From: an uncultured virus (IMG/VR IMGVR_UViG_3300009161_000002)
Lineage: Duplodnaviria; Heunggongvirae; Uroviricota; Caudoviricetes
Virus record (IMG/VR): IMGVR_UViG_3300009161_000002
Length of the DNA stretch: 62,355 nt
Direction: 5' to 3' (one strand)
Shown here in pieces: positions 29,451 through 38,149 of the stretch. The translations under genes and the position numbers were made by a program. The notes under the pieces are model-generated. The model did no database searches, had not been told where the DNA came from, and saw only the letters and a list, made by a program, of their open reading frames with translations. Each line of letters begins with the position of its first letter. Within the stretch, counting starts at the first letter, position 1.

Positions 29451-30112
29451 TATCTTAATGCATTTTGACTATCGTCCGGTCCATCTGTTGGAACTTGTAT
29501 AGCCATAGTTAATTCTTTTACAACAAATTGCTCTATCTCAGAAAATAAGTATTCAGGAAAAGGTAATGGATTGTCTTGTCTAATTAAACAAGCATCACTT
29601 TCACATGTGTCAACAGCTCCTTCAAAAATAGCTTCCATTCTAATAGCATCCCAATCTACATTAGGACAATAGATATATCCATTAAGAAACCAGAAGTATT
29701 GTTTTCTATTATATTTAAATGTTGTTGATTTTGTAATTGATACCCATGTACCCGGATCTGTACGGAACATTTCTATAGATCCATCTATAGAAGATACTGT
29801 ACGTATAATAGGACCCATTGCACCATCAAAAATTGTAGGAAGTTTATCTTTAGATCTTTTAAAATAACATTCAGAGTATACACCAATACAACTAGCTTCT
29901 ACTTTATCTACGTCAATTAACTCAATATAAGGAAGCACATTAAAGATAGAACTTATCTTCATCAATCTAAATTGATTATCTTCCCTCTTCAAAAGAGTTT
30001 GTCCATATTTTATCATGGAATAATAAATGGTTCTATCAGTTAGAAATGCATCTTCCTTTACGGCTTTTAATGTATTTCTAACTCTTGATATAGCTTCTCC
30101 AATTGTTGTCAT
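29450..30112 (-). CDS. Ring / head-tail connector protein
   Basis: LTDR.IY, KYNRKQYFWFLNGYIY, IRMEAIFE, C-terminal PTDGPDD; crAss-like ring protein pattern; coupled by TAATG/ATGA overlaps. Confidence 0.6.
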   Translation of the reverse strand: MTTIGEAISRVRNTLKAVKEDAFLTDRTIYYSMIKYGQTLLKREDNQFRLMKISSIFNVLPYIELIDVDKVEASCIGVYSECYFKRSKDKLPTIFDGAMGPIIRTVSSIDGSIEMFRTDPGTWVSITKSTTFKYNRKQYFWFLNGYIYCPNVDWDAIRMEAIFEGAVDTCESDACLIRQDNPLPFPEYLFSEIEQFVVKELTMAIQVPTDGPDDSQNALR

Positions 30113-30690
30113 ATCTCAAATTCATTATAATTTTCTAAAGCTTTTTTATTTACTTTATTTAAATGATCTCTATAAATTACACTATTATAAACTTTATCTA
30201 TTTTTGCTTTTGGTAATACTTGTAAATACATATTCCAATTATCAGGATATGACTTAGCTACAGCTCTTTTAAATTCTCTGCATGCAGTAAAACTCCAAAA
30301 TTCTCTATTCTTCATTTTGTGTTTAGGTGCATAGTTTGTAAAAAAGATTTTGGCTAGTTTACCATCTGTGTCCCAGTTTTTATTGCTTACTTGTATTCCA
30401 TATTTATTTGATTTAGCAAAATCAATATTATCTTTTTTACTTCTTTGACAAGTACCAATAAATAACCAACCTATCTGTTCAGGTAATTGGACACCATCCC
30501 TTGTATCAATCACTGTTTGATATAATACTTGGTTAAATCTTTTAATGATTTTTCTAAGTATTTTACTATCCAGATCCTTATATTTAGGATATGTTTTTTT
30601 AAAGTTATCAAAGAACTCTTTGTTCAAAATAGTGCATACTTCAGGTCTATACCTAGAAGCATTTAAGTTAGGTTTGTTAAATTCCCTCAT
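30109..30690 (-). CDS. Divergent IHF/HU-like DNA-binding protein (crAss-like)
   Basis: Helix pair (LRKIIKRFNQVLYQTV) then GVQLPEQIGWLFI beta segment and WSFTACREFKR; basic; conserved position among ring genes. Confidence 0.55.
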   Translation of the reverse strand: MREFNKPNLNASRYRPEVCTILNKEFFDNFKKTYPKYKDLDSKILRKIIKRFNQVLYQTVIDTRDGVQLPEQIGWLFIGTCQRSKKDNIDFAKSNKYGIQVSNKNWDTDGKLAKIFFTNYAPKHKMKNREFWSFTACREFKRAVAKSYPDNWNMYLQVLPKAKIDKVYNSVIYRDHLNKVNKKALENYNEFEI

Positions 30691-30693
30691 AAT

Positions 30694-30704
30694 AATATAC
30701 TAAA
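30694..30704 (-). promoter_or_regulatory. Conserved promoter-like motif TTTAGTATATT
   Basis: Follows a terminator; 3 nt before the ATG at 30690. Confidence 0.6.
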
Positions 30705-30730
30705 AATAATTGACATTAGCAAATGTAACT

Positions 30731-30760
30731 AAAAAACAAAGCCCCTGCAAGTGCAGAGGC
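30731..30760 (-). terminator. Rho-independent terminator
   Basis: Minus strand GCCTCTGC-ACTT-GCAGGGGC followed by TTTGTTTTTT. Confidence 0.8.
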
Positions 30761-30800
30761 AATGTCTTTGTTGTTACAGGTAACCAACAAACCGTAACTT
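30731..30800 (-). ncRNA. Candidate 3'-UTR small RNA (hairpin with UUGUUGGUU loop plus terminator)
   Basis: Stem GTTAC-GGT / ACC-T-GTAAC (30773-30798) with a 9-nt loop complementary to AACCAACAA at four gene starts; inferred only. Confidence 0.4.
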
Positions 30801-30814
30801 CTTATAAAATTTTT

Positions 30815-32608
30815 TTAACCTACTCTTCTAATAGCCCAATCTATATTATCACCAAGAGTACGTTGTTCAGTATAAGCCACACCTGTTAAATTTTGTATTT
30901 TTAATACTATTTGAGTTCCTACAGATATAGGTACACCTTGCATACCACCTGTCATATAAATTTTATCATAATAAAAACTTTGTACAGCAGTAAAAGTATC
31001 TGCACAATAAATAATTGCTGCACCTGTTGGATCTGTTATACCAATAGTAAAAGTTCCTCCTACTTCACCCCATCCATATGTATTTGCAGGTGAACTTAAA
31101 TATACATTATAACTTAAATCATATTTGCCTGTTTGAGGACATGTCCAAACTCCAGTAATTTGATTATATTGTGAAGTAACATTTACTCCATTTTCTATTT
31201 CATATTGTATAACACCATTAGTAGTATCAAATACTACAGTAGTACCTAAAGAAATATTTGAATTAAATTTATTAAAAGTTAAACTAGGAAAACTATCAGG
31301 GCTAATATAACCTCTAAAAGCTGTACCAAATAAACCTGCAGTAGTTTCAATAACATTTCCTAAAGCAGTTGTAGATAAATTATATGCAGGGATACCTGTA
31401 AAAGTTCCTGTACCATAATTATTTAAAAGCAATTGTCCAGTACTTTGTAAAGTTAGTTGATCTTCAGGATCTACAATTCCAGTTGGTTTACCTTGAATTA
31501 TAAATGTAGAAGACATTGAACTTTCACTTGTATTATTAGTTTTTCTAGATATTATTCTATTTGTAATATATGCATTACTATTTCCAGCTGAAATAGTATT
31601 TCCAAACTCTATTGATACTCCTGATCTAGAAGAACCATTATCTGTACTTCCTAATCTTAAAGCAATTGAATTTGTTGGTCCAGCTGCAGAACTTGTTGAA
31701 GTTTCAATATATACAGCAGGAACAGCACTTATTGGAGATACTGAATTTTCTAAATTATTACGTCCTTTAGCTCCTATAGCTTGAGATCCTATTAATCCTC
31801 CTGACTGACACACAACATCTACTACAGGTGATAAAAAACCAGTTGTAGTAGATTTTGCAGAAATAGCTTGAGCAGTAGTTGCTGCAGGATTTACATCTAA
31901 TGTAAAACCAGAAGCAGAAGTTCTTTGTAATGCTAATGCAGGTACTGTAGTACTATTTATATTTAAAGCAAATGTAGAATTAGTAATAGTTGTATTTTGA
32001 ATTAAAGGTCCACCTAATTGTACATTATTTGAAGTGGGACTCATTGTAAGTCCGTTATTTGCTGTTGTATTTGTAATATGATCACAAAAATAATTTACTA
32101 TATCTTCTAAAGCTTGATTAATACTAGAATCTTGTTGCACAACAGTATCTGCTCCACATAATAGAAGTGGAATTGGTGTTGAACAAAAGTAAGAAACTAT
32201 ATCTTCAAGTGCTTCATTAATACTTGAATCTTCAGTAACAACAATATCTTCTCCACATAAAATTTCTGGTATAGGAGGTAAACAAAAATAAGAAACAATA
32301 TCTTCTAAAGCTTCATTTATACTAGAGTCTTCTGCAACTACTATATCATCATTACAAGTAATTTCTGGTATAGGCGGCAAACAAAAGTAATCTACAATAT
32401 TAGTAATTGCAGCTTCCATGTTTGTATCTGTAGGAACTACTAAATCCTCATTACATAAAATATCACCTCCGGTATACATAATACATTGTGCATACTGAAT
32501 CTCAGCACACTCTTCAAAAGGACATCCTATTGCAGTAGGACATGGAGGAGGGGTAGTTAAATAACTATCCTCACATCCACACTTTGCACACTTGTTATTA
32601 ATGCTCAT
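30815..32608 (-). CDS. Tail fibre-like protein with 33-aa Cys repeats and C-terminal C1q/TNF-like head
   Basis: Four tandem C..D.VV..DSSINEALEDIV.YFC repeats, Ser/Thr-rich beta region, YNQITGVWTCPQTGKYDLSYNV C1q-like motif. Confidence 0.7.
   Translation of the reverse strand: MSINNKCAKCGCEDSYLTTPPPCPTAIGCPFEECAEIQYAQCIMYTGGDILCNEDLVVPTDTNMEAAITNIVDYFCLPPIPEITCNDDIVVAEDSSINEALEDIVSYFCLPPIPEILCGEDIVVTEDSSINEALEDIVSYFCSTPIPLLLCGADTVVQQDSSINQALEDIVNYFCDHITNTTANNGLTMSPTSNNVQLGGPLIQNTTITNSTFALNINSTTVPALALQRTSASGFTLDVNPAATTAQAISAKSTTTGFLSPVVDVVCQSGGLIGSQAIGAKGRNNLENSVSPISAVPAVYIETSTSSAAGPTNSIALRLGSTDNGSSRSGVSIEFGNTISAGNSNAYITNRIISRKTNNTSESSMSSTFIIQGKPTGIVDPEDQLTLQSTGQLLLNNYGTGTFTGIPAYNLSTTALGNVIETTAGLFGTAFRGYISPDSFPSLTFNKFNSNISLGTTVVFDTTNGVIQYEIENGVNVTSQYNQITGVWTCPQTGKYDLSYNVYLSSPANTYGWGEVGGTFTIGITDPTGAAIIYCADTFTAVQSFYYDKIYMTGGMQGVPISVGTQIVLKIQNLTGVAYTEQRTLGDNIDWAIRRVG
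32084..32464 (-). repeat. Four tandem 99-bp (33-aa) intragenic repeats
   Basis: EITCNDDIVVAEDSSINEALEDIVSYFCLPPIP-type unit, aa 49-175 of 30815..32608. Confidence 0.9.
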
Positions 32609-32619
32609 TATATTTTATA

Positions 32620-34332
32620 TTAGGATGGTACACATGGTGTTGGTGTTGGTATAGGATCAGCACAAGGACTTATATATGTTGAATATGGATCTAATTTAAT
32701 CCAGCCAAAACCACCAACTTGTTCTTTATCAGATGCTTGACAAGTAAATGGAAAAGTATATGTATCACCTGATACGAGCTCTACTCCATATTGTAACTGT
32801 AGAGATTGTAAGCCAGATGCTGGTGAACTATTCATTACACTAGTTGCATCTCTATAAAAAGGAACATACTCACCTGTTTGTACATTTGAAATAAGATTAT
32901 TTGCTAATGATGTTCCATAAATATTACCTGTAATACTAGATGCTGACTGTTCAATATCTTCTACTAATTGAAAAGCTAATTTTTTATCTATTGTAATTAT
33001 TGGTCTAAAAAGAGTAGTTAACATACTAGTTGTTATTGATGCAGTAGCTGATACCATTTGAATATTTCTCCAAGCCATTTCCCAATTAAATGAATAATTA
33101 TCATCAAGATTTATAGCTAATGGTAATACAGCTGCTGGAATAACAGAATTACCTTGATTAAAAACAAGTGAACCACCTGAATTAAGAACTACAGAACCTG
33201 CCCCAGTTTCTGCAGGTTTTATAGTTGTTAATGGTGCATATGTATTTATACTTGGAGCTTGATAGTCCCATACAATTGGTGCATCTGATATTGGATTTGC
33301 TAAAGGAACCATAACTATTCCTTTAAAATAAATTACATTTCCAATTCTTCTAGCTCTAGGACGTTGAGAAATAATATTTGGACCATACCACTCAAATCCA
33401 TTTAAAGGATGCCATCCAGTATCCTGTACTAAAGCAGTAAGAACATTTGAAGGAGACAATGTTAAACTAACAGTGTTTGTATCTTCTACAGTAATTGTAT
33501 TAAGGTTATCTAAAGCTTCATACATATCACATACTACTATCCAAAGATTAGTTATAGCATCTGCTACTGTTGTAGGAGTATCTACCCAAGTACCTAAATA
33601 TTCAGTTCCAAAAGGTACTGGAGGATTACTTAAAGTAGGTGTTGTAGAAGTTATACATTGCGAGGATACTGCAGAAAATAAATCGGCACCAATCCCTGTT
33701 GCATCAATTAATGAACAATATCCATTTGTAGGATCATTCACCAATGCATTTAATATTGTATCAATTGGGTATGCTGATCCACCAAGAACAGTCGGTGACA
33801 ATGTACAGGCTACAGTAATACTTGGTAATGTAAATGTTTCTTTTGGTGCATTCTCTAATACAGTTACCCTAGCATCTATATTATTAATCTGAGTCTGTAA
33901 ACCATCTATAGTTGTAATTAAGTCACAAACTCTTTCTCCAATCATTTGAACATAGTCTACTAATTGCATAGTAGTTTGTGTACCAATAATAAAACATGGT
34001 GCTATAGATACTACACAATCAGGACATGTTGATGTACTTGGATTTGTATTAGGACTAACTCCTTCTAATGCACAAATATGATTAATCAAGAATTGAATCA
34101 ATGCTTGAAAATCTACTGGTGGACATGCACTTGAATTAAAACATGTTAGATCATAATTATTTACATTAAGTTGATCTAAGATAGTACATAATTCTGCAGC
34201 CAATTTAGCAACAACATCAGATACTGTATCTCCCTTACATAATTTAATACAAGCCAAGTCTGGTCCTTGCCAAATAACACAATTACTTGACGTTGGACTA
34301 CATGGTGAGTTATCTAAATTTAACGGCTTCAT
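32620..34332 (-). CDS. Cys-rich tail fibre-like protein (570 aa)
   Basis: CVIWQGPDLAC...GDTVSDVV helical-Cys units, coiled coil (LQTQINNIDARVTVLE), DTGWH...RRIGNVIYFKG fibre-tip motif. Confidence 0.65.
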   Translation of the reverse strand: MKPLNLDNSPCSPTSSNCVIWQGPDLACIKLCKGDTVSDVVAKLAAELCTILDQLNVNNYDLTCFNSSACPPVDFQALIQFLINHICALEGVSPNTNPSTSTCPDCVVSIAPCFIIGTQTTMQLVDYVQMIGERVCDLITTIDGLQTQINNIDARVTVLENAPKETFTLPSITVACTLSPTVLGGSAYPIDTILNALVNDPTNGYCSLIDATGIGADLFSAVSSQCITSTTPTLSNPPVPFGTEYLGTWVDTPTTVADAITNLWIVVCDMYEALDNLNTITVEDTNTVSLTLSPSNVLTALVQDTGWHPLNGFEWYGPNIISQRPRARRIGNVIYFKGIVMVPLANPISDAPIVWDYQAPSINTYAPLTTIKPAETGAGSVVLNSGGSLVFNQGNSVIPAAVLPLAINLDDNYSFNWEMAWRNIQMVSATASITTSMLTTLFRPIITIDKKLAFQLVEDIEQSASSITGNIYGTSLANNLISNVQTGEYVPFYRDATSVMNSSPASGLQSLQLQYGVELVSGDTYTFPFTCQASDKEQVGGFGWIKLDPYSTYISPCADPIPTPTPCVPS

Positions 34333-34349
34333 ACTTTTTCTATTAATAT

Positions 34350-34359
34350 AATATACAAA
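34350..34359 (-). promoter_or_regulatory. Conserved promoter-like motif TTTGTATATT
   Basis: Intergenic, upstream of 34332. Confidence 0.65.
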
Positions 34360-34365
34360 TAATTA

Positions 34366-37323
34366 TTAAGAATTGCAAGTATTGCATCCACAATCATTAG
34401 GTTGACCACAACCACAACTATTTGCAGGGGCACATATGTAATCCGGATTATACAATGCTGCTAAATCTATTAATTCCTTTTTAACCAACCAATACTCATC
34501 TTCTTCAGGACAACAGTTTGATATTCCATATCTTAATTCAAGAACTTGTCTGTACAAAATTTGTGATGATCTACATGAAATCTCTTCATATTTCTCTGCA
34601 CTACAAGCCGGTGTATTATAACCAGGTTTGATTCCTCTTTTAGGATATATTGGAGCAGGACATACTCCATTGTTACAGTCTCCAAAGTATTGGTAAAAAC
34701 TTTGACATGATACTGTTGATATTACGGTAGGAGTTTCTTGAGGAATGCTTGAAAAAGGTTTCCAAATTCCTGAAGGACAATCAGATTTTGATGGAGGTAA
34801 ATAGTACTGTGGTTCTTCCGCAGAATTGTTCATAATCCATTGAGTACCATTATAATAAATATATAATGATCCCCCTGGAAATGCATCCCAAGAATTTTTA
34901 AAATTAATTAAAGTACCTGATGCATTTAATACAGTACTAGTTACACTAGATCCAATAGTTACTGTTCTAATTAAACAGTCACATCCTTCTGGTTCTAACC
35001 ATTTAATTAAACAAATCTTAGGACTTGTCTCTCCTGGTTGTACAGTGACTGCTACAGTATCCCCATAACAATTAATGTAGTCATATGTATAAGCAATTGT
35101 ATTATCATTTCTTACATTAGAACAAATACATGGTGCTGTTGTAGCACAAGTAACACAATTGTTATAAGAATTAGTTACTGTAACAATACTTGGATTAATA
35201 GGAATTATAACTAACTCAACCTCATAACAACCATCACAGTTAGCAAGATTTACAACCTGACCTATATATTGACTTATGTCAGTAAAAGTATCTATTGTTT
35301 CATCTGTATTACATTCAGTTAATCTATAGTAAGGTCTTTCACATGAAACACAATCAATAAAAGATGTAATAATAACTATTGTTTGTATAGATGGTGGTGC
35401 ATAGTTAATTAGTTCTACTATAAAACAACCACAATCTGTTAACAAAGTTTGATCTACATACTGTGATAAATCATCATAAGTATATTGAGTATTAAATGAT
35501 TCATTACAACTTGTTAGTTTATAAGCAATTATTTCCTTACATTCTTCACAAGTACTAGTATTAAATACTACACGTACATCAATTGCACAATCACAATCTT
35601 CTTCAGTAATTTCTACTAACCAACATTCTGTATAACCAGCAATTTTTATTACATCTTGATTTATAGCATGTGGTAGTAAAACAAATGAAGTGCTAAAAAG
35701 AATATTTAATGGATCCTCACAATCTATAAGCTTATAACATTTTGGAGGACAATCATTGTCAATACAATCTCCTTGTGGACTTATCGTGTAATCAGTTGAT
35801 GTATTTCCAACAATAGGATATATTTTAGAACATAGTGTTAACCATGGTTGTGTAGCAGCTGGTGTAATCTGTAATAACTGATCTTCATTATCAATATATT
35901 GAACATAAGTAATTCCTTGAGCTCCTTCAATAAAGTAACAAATTGTATCACAATCACATGTAATGTCACCGTCAATAATTACCTCAACACCATTTTCACA
36001 AGTTGTTTCATCTTCTTGTAGAACAACATAAACACAACCAGTAAATTCACCATAAGTAACAGATACAAATTCATTAACATAATTTTCTAAATTAGCTGTA
36101 ATGCTTATAAATGGAGGAGTTATACCATCACATGGAATTAATAAATAACATGCACATTCTAAAAGAAATCTAGTTTCAATTGTACATACAGGAACACCTA
36201 AACATTCATTTAAAGTATATCCTTCAGGACATTCCCAAACACCAGGAGTACTTGGATTAGGAACATTTAGTCCAATCATATCTTCAGTTGAAAATATAAT
36301 ATATGGTTCTAAATTTGCAATTGTATTACCACAGTTTCCTGCACCTAATGCAGGAAATGTAAGAGTAGATTGGAAAGTTGCAAGATCAATATCATATATT
36401 TCACCAGCAAAAGCACCAGGTGTGTTACCTACATTTATACCACCAAGTCTTATAACATGTGTACCTGCAGTTAATGTAATAGGAAATACATGCCACCAAT
36501 TAAAAGGTGCCGTACCACTAGCTCCCCCTACATTTAAAAATACATTTAATACACCATCAACATAAAGTTTAACTTTATTATCTCCAGCTATTCCAACAAG
36601 ATATTGTTTTGTTTCTGCAATTTCTATACAATACTCAAAACTTAATTCAGGACCATCTCCTGTAGTTACATTATAAGCAGTATTCCATAAACCTGTAATA
36701 TTTAATCGTCCCCCATAACTACTTGTGGGACCAGTAAATGTTGAACAAGCTGTAGGTGTTTCACATCCCCATAATGTGGACTGTACTCCTGATATAAGAG
36801 GAGTAATAGTAGCTCCGGCACCATTATTAGCTTTTACTAAATATGGATTTCCACTACCAAGAAGTGGTTTAACACTAGCTGTAATATCTGGATAAAGTCT
36901 TAAACCAAATTTATTAAATGATATCTGATTAGCTGCAGCATTAAGTTGTACTGTAGTACCAGTATAAGTAGCTTCTATAATAACTGTTTCAACACACTCC
37001 CCATCTATTTCTACATATCCTTCCGGACACTCACAAGTTATGACTGTACATGGTGCACACTTTGGATCATCACATGTGGTTACATATTGCAATTGAACAC
37101 TTGGTGGTGCAGCAGGATATAAAACAGGTGTTTGACTTATAAGTGATTCTATAACATAACAGAAGTCCGGTTCTAATGAACCACCACTTCCTACAAAAGG
37201 AGTAGTACCTGAAAAAGTATAAATATTACCAGATGTAATAGTAAGACTTCCTGTAAAATAAATTACAGAGTCATCACAACATTTTGTAAATTTATAATAA
37301 GGATATAATGTTGTTACACTCAT
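34366..37323 (-). CDS. Cys-rich structural protein (fibre/tail hub-associated, 985 aa)
   Basis: Repeated Y.L..C...C..V...C..C units, EGF-like CECPEGYVEIDGEC, a GIAGDNKVKLYVDG beta-sandwich (PA14/lectin-like) insert, helical C-terminus. Confidence 0.55.
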   Translation of the reverse strand: MSVTTLYPYYKFTKCCDDSVIYFTGSLTITSGNIYTFSGTTPFVGSGGSLEPDFCYVIESLISQTPVLYPAAPPSVQLQYVTTCDDPKCAPCTVITCECPEGYVEIDGECVETVIIEATYTGTTVQLNAAANQISFNKFGLRLYPDITASVKPLLGSGNPYLVKANNGAGATITPLISGVQSTLWGCETPTACSTFTGPTSSYGGRLNITGLWNTAYNVTTGDGPELSFEYCIEIAETKQYLVGIAGDNKVKLYVDGVLNVFLNVGGASGTAPFNWWHVFPITLTAGTHVIRLGGINVGNTPGAFAGEIYDIDLATFQSTLTFPALGAGNCGNTIANLEPYIIFSTEDMIGLNVPNPSTPGVWECPEGYTLNECLGVPVCTIETRFLLECACYLLIPCDGITPPFISITANLENYVNEFVSVTYGEFTGCVYVVLQEDETTCENGVEVIIDGDITCDCDTICYFIEGAQGITYVQYIDNEDQLLQITPAATQPWLTLCSKIYPIVGNTSTDYTISPQGDCIDNDCPPKCYKLIDCEDPLNILFSTSFVLLPHAINQDVIKIAGYTECWLVEITEEDCDCAIDVRVVFNTSTCEECKEIIAYKLTSCNESFNTQYTYDDLSQYVDQTLLTDCGCFIVELINYAPPSIQTIVIITSFIDCVSCERPYYRLTECNTDETIDTFTDISQYIGQVVNLANCDGCYEVELVIIPINPSIVTVTNSYNNCVTCATTAPCICSNVRNDNTIAYTYDYINCYGDTVAVTVQPGETSPKICLIKWLEPEGCDCLIRTVTIGSSVTSTVLNASGTLINFKNSWDAFPGGSLYIYYNGTQWIMNNSAEEPQYYLPPSKSDCPSGIWKPFSSIPQETPTVISTVSCQSFYQYFGDCNNGVCPAPIYPKRGIKPGYNTPACSAEKYEEISCRSSQILYRQVLELRYGISNCCPEEDEYWLVKKELIDLAALYNPDYICAPANSCGCGQPNDCGCNTCNS

Positions 37324-37325
37324 AA

Positions 37326-37511
37326 TTACTTTTTATTATATCTATTTAGACCCGATGTTTTTGGTTCTGCACTTTTAATTGTATCTGTTAATACCTTAAT
37401 AGAATTCTCATAACTTTGTATACAATTCTTACATACAAATACTCCGTTAGTAGCTTTTTTCTTTTGGCATCCACAAGACAACGTTGCTTTGCAATTTGGA
37501 CATGCACTCAT
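37326..37511 (-). CDS. Small Zn-finger protein (61 aa)
   Basis: CPNC...SCGC...CKNC; A-rich leader containing AACCAACAA. Confidence 0.7.
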   Translation of the reverse strand: MSACPNCKATLSCGCQKKKATNGVFVCKNCIQSYENSIKVLTDTIKSAEPKTSGLNRYNKK

Positions 37512-37532
37512 TTTTGTTGGTTTTTAAATTAT

Positions 37533-38075
37533 TTAACAATTTACACAACTCATTTTTTTCAAGAGTTTCATTGCATAGTTGTACAAGCTCATTCCTTTCT
37601 GAGGCTCGTGACATGTTTCTACTTTTGATATTGCAGCTTGAAGATACATGAAAATTAATCTCAATGCTTCTAACTTTTCTTTGATTACAAAAGGAGGATC
37701 ACATGCATTTACATCTACTTGACATAAAACTTTGTTGTATAGGTTTAATGCTTTTGATATTCTTAAATGATTGTACTCTACGTACACTTGATCATTTGGA
37801 GATACACTATATTTAATTATGTAAATTCCATCTGGAATATCTACATAACTTGTACCACAGTCTGCTGTTTGTAAGCCTAAGTCACAAGCAGTCAAGTTCT
37901 GAATAAAACCTGAACTAACAGGTAATTCAACAGAGTAATTGAAACCTGGCACTGTAATAGCCAATGTTTCACATACAACTGGAATTAGATCTGTGTAAAC
38001 ACTAGTATCCATAACAGTTAATATACATGTATTTAAAACTGTAGGTACTTCTAAACTTAAGACGTGATTTGCCAT
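37533..38075 (-). CDS. Structural protein, probable tail hub-type (180 aa)
   Basis: Ig-like N-half (DTSVY, ITVPGF, IPDGIYIIKYSV) plus helical C-half; follows the auxiliary capsid gene as in crAss-like phages. Confidence 0.5.
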   Translation of the reverse strand: MANHVLSLEVPTVLNTCILTVMDTSVYTDLIPVVCETLAITVPGFNYSVELPVSSGFIQNLTACDLGLQTADCGTSYVDIPDGIYIIKYSVSPNDQVYVEYNHLRISKALNLYNKVLCQVDVNACDPPFVIKEKLEALRLIFMYLQAAISKVETCHEPQKGMSLYNYAMKLLKKMSCVNC

Positions 38076-38085
38076 AGTGTATAAT

Positions 38086-38124
38086 AAAAAAAGGGGAAAG
38101 GAGTTTAGAACTCTTCTCCCCTTT
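38086..38124 (-). terminator. Rho-independent terminator after auxiliary capsid gene
   Basis: Minus strand GGGGAGAAGAGTT-CTA-AACTCCTTTCCCC followed by a T-tract. Confidence 0.8.
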
Positions 38125-38149
38125 ATGTTTTTAAATTTGAGTTACTTGA

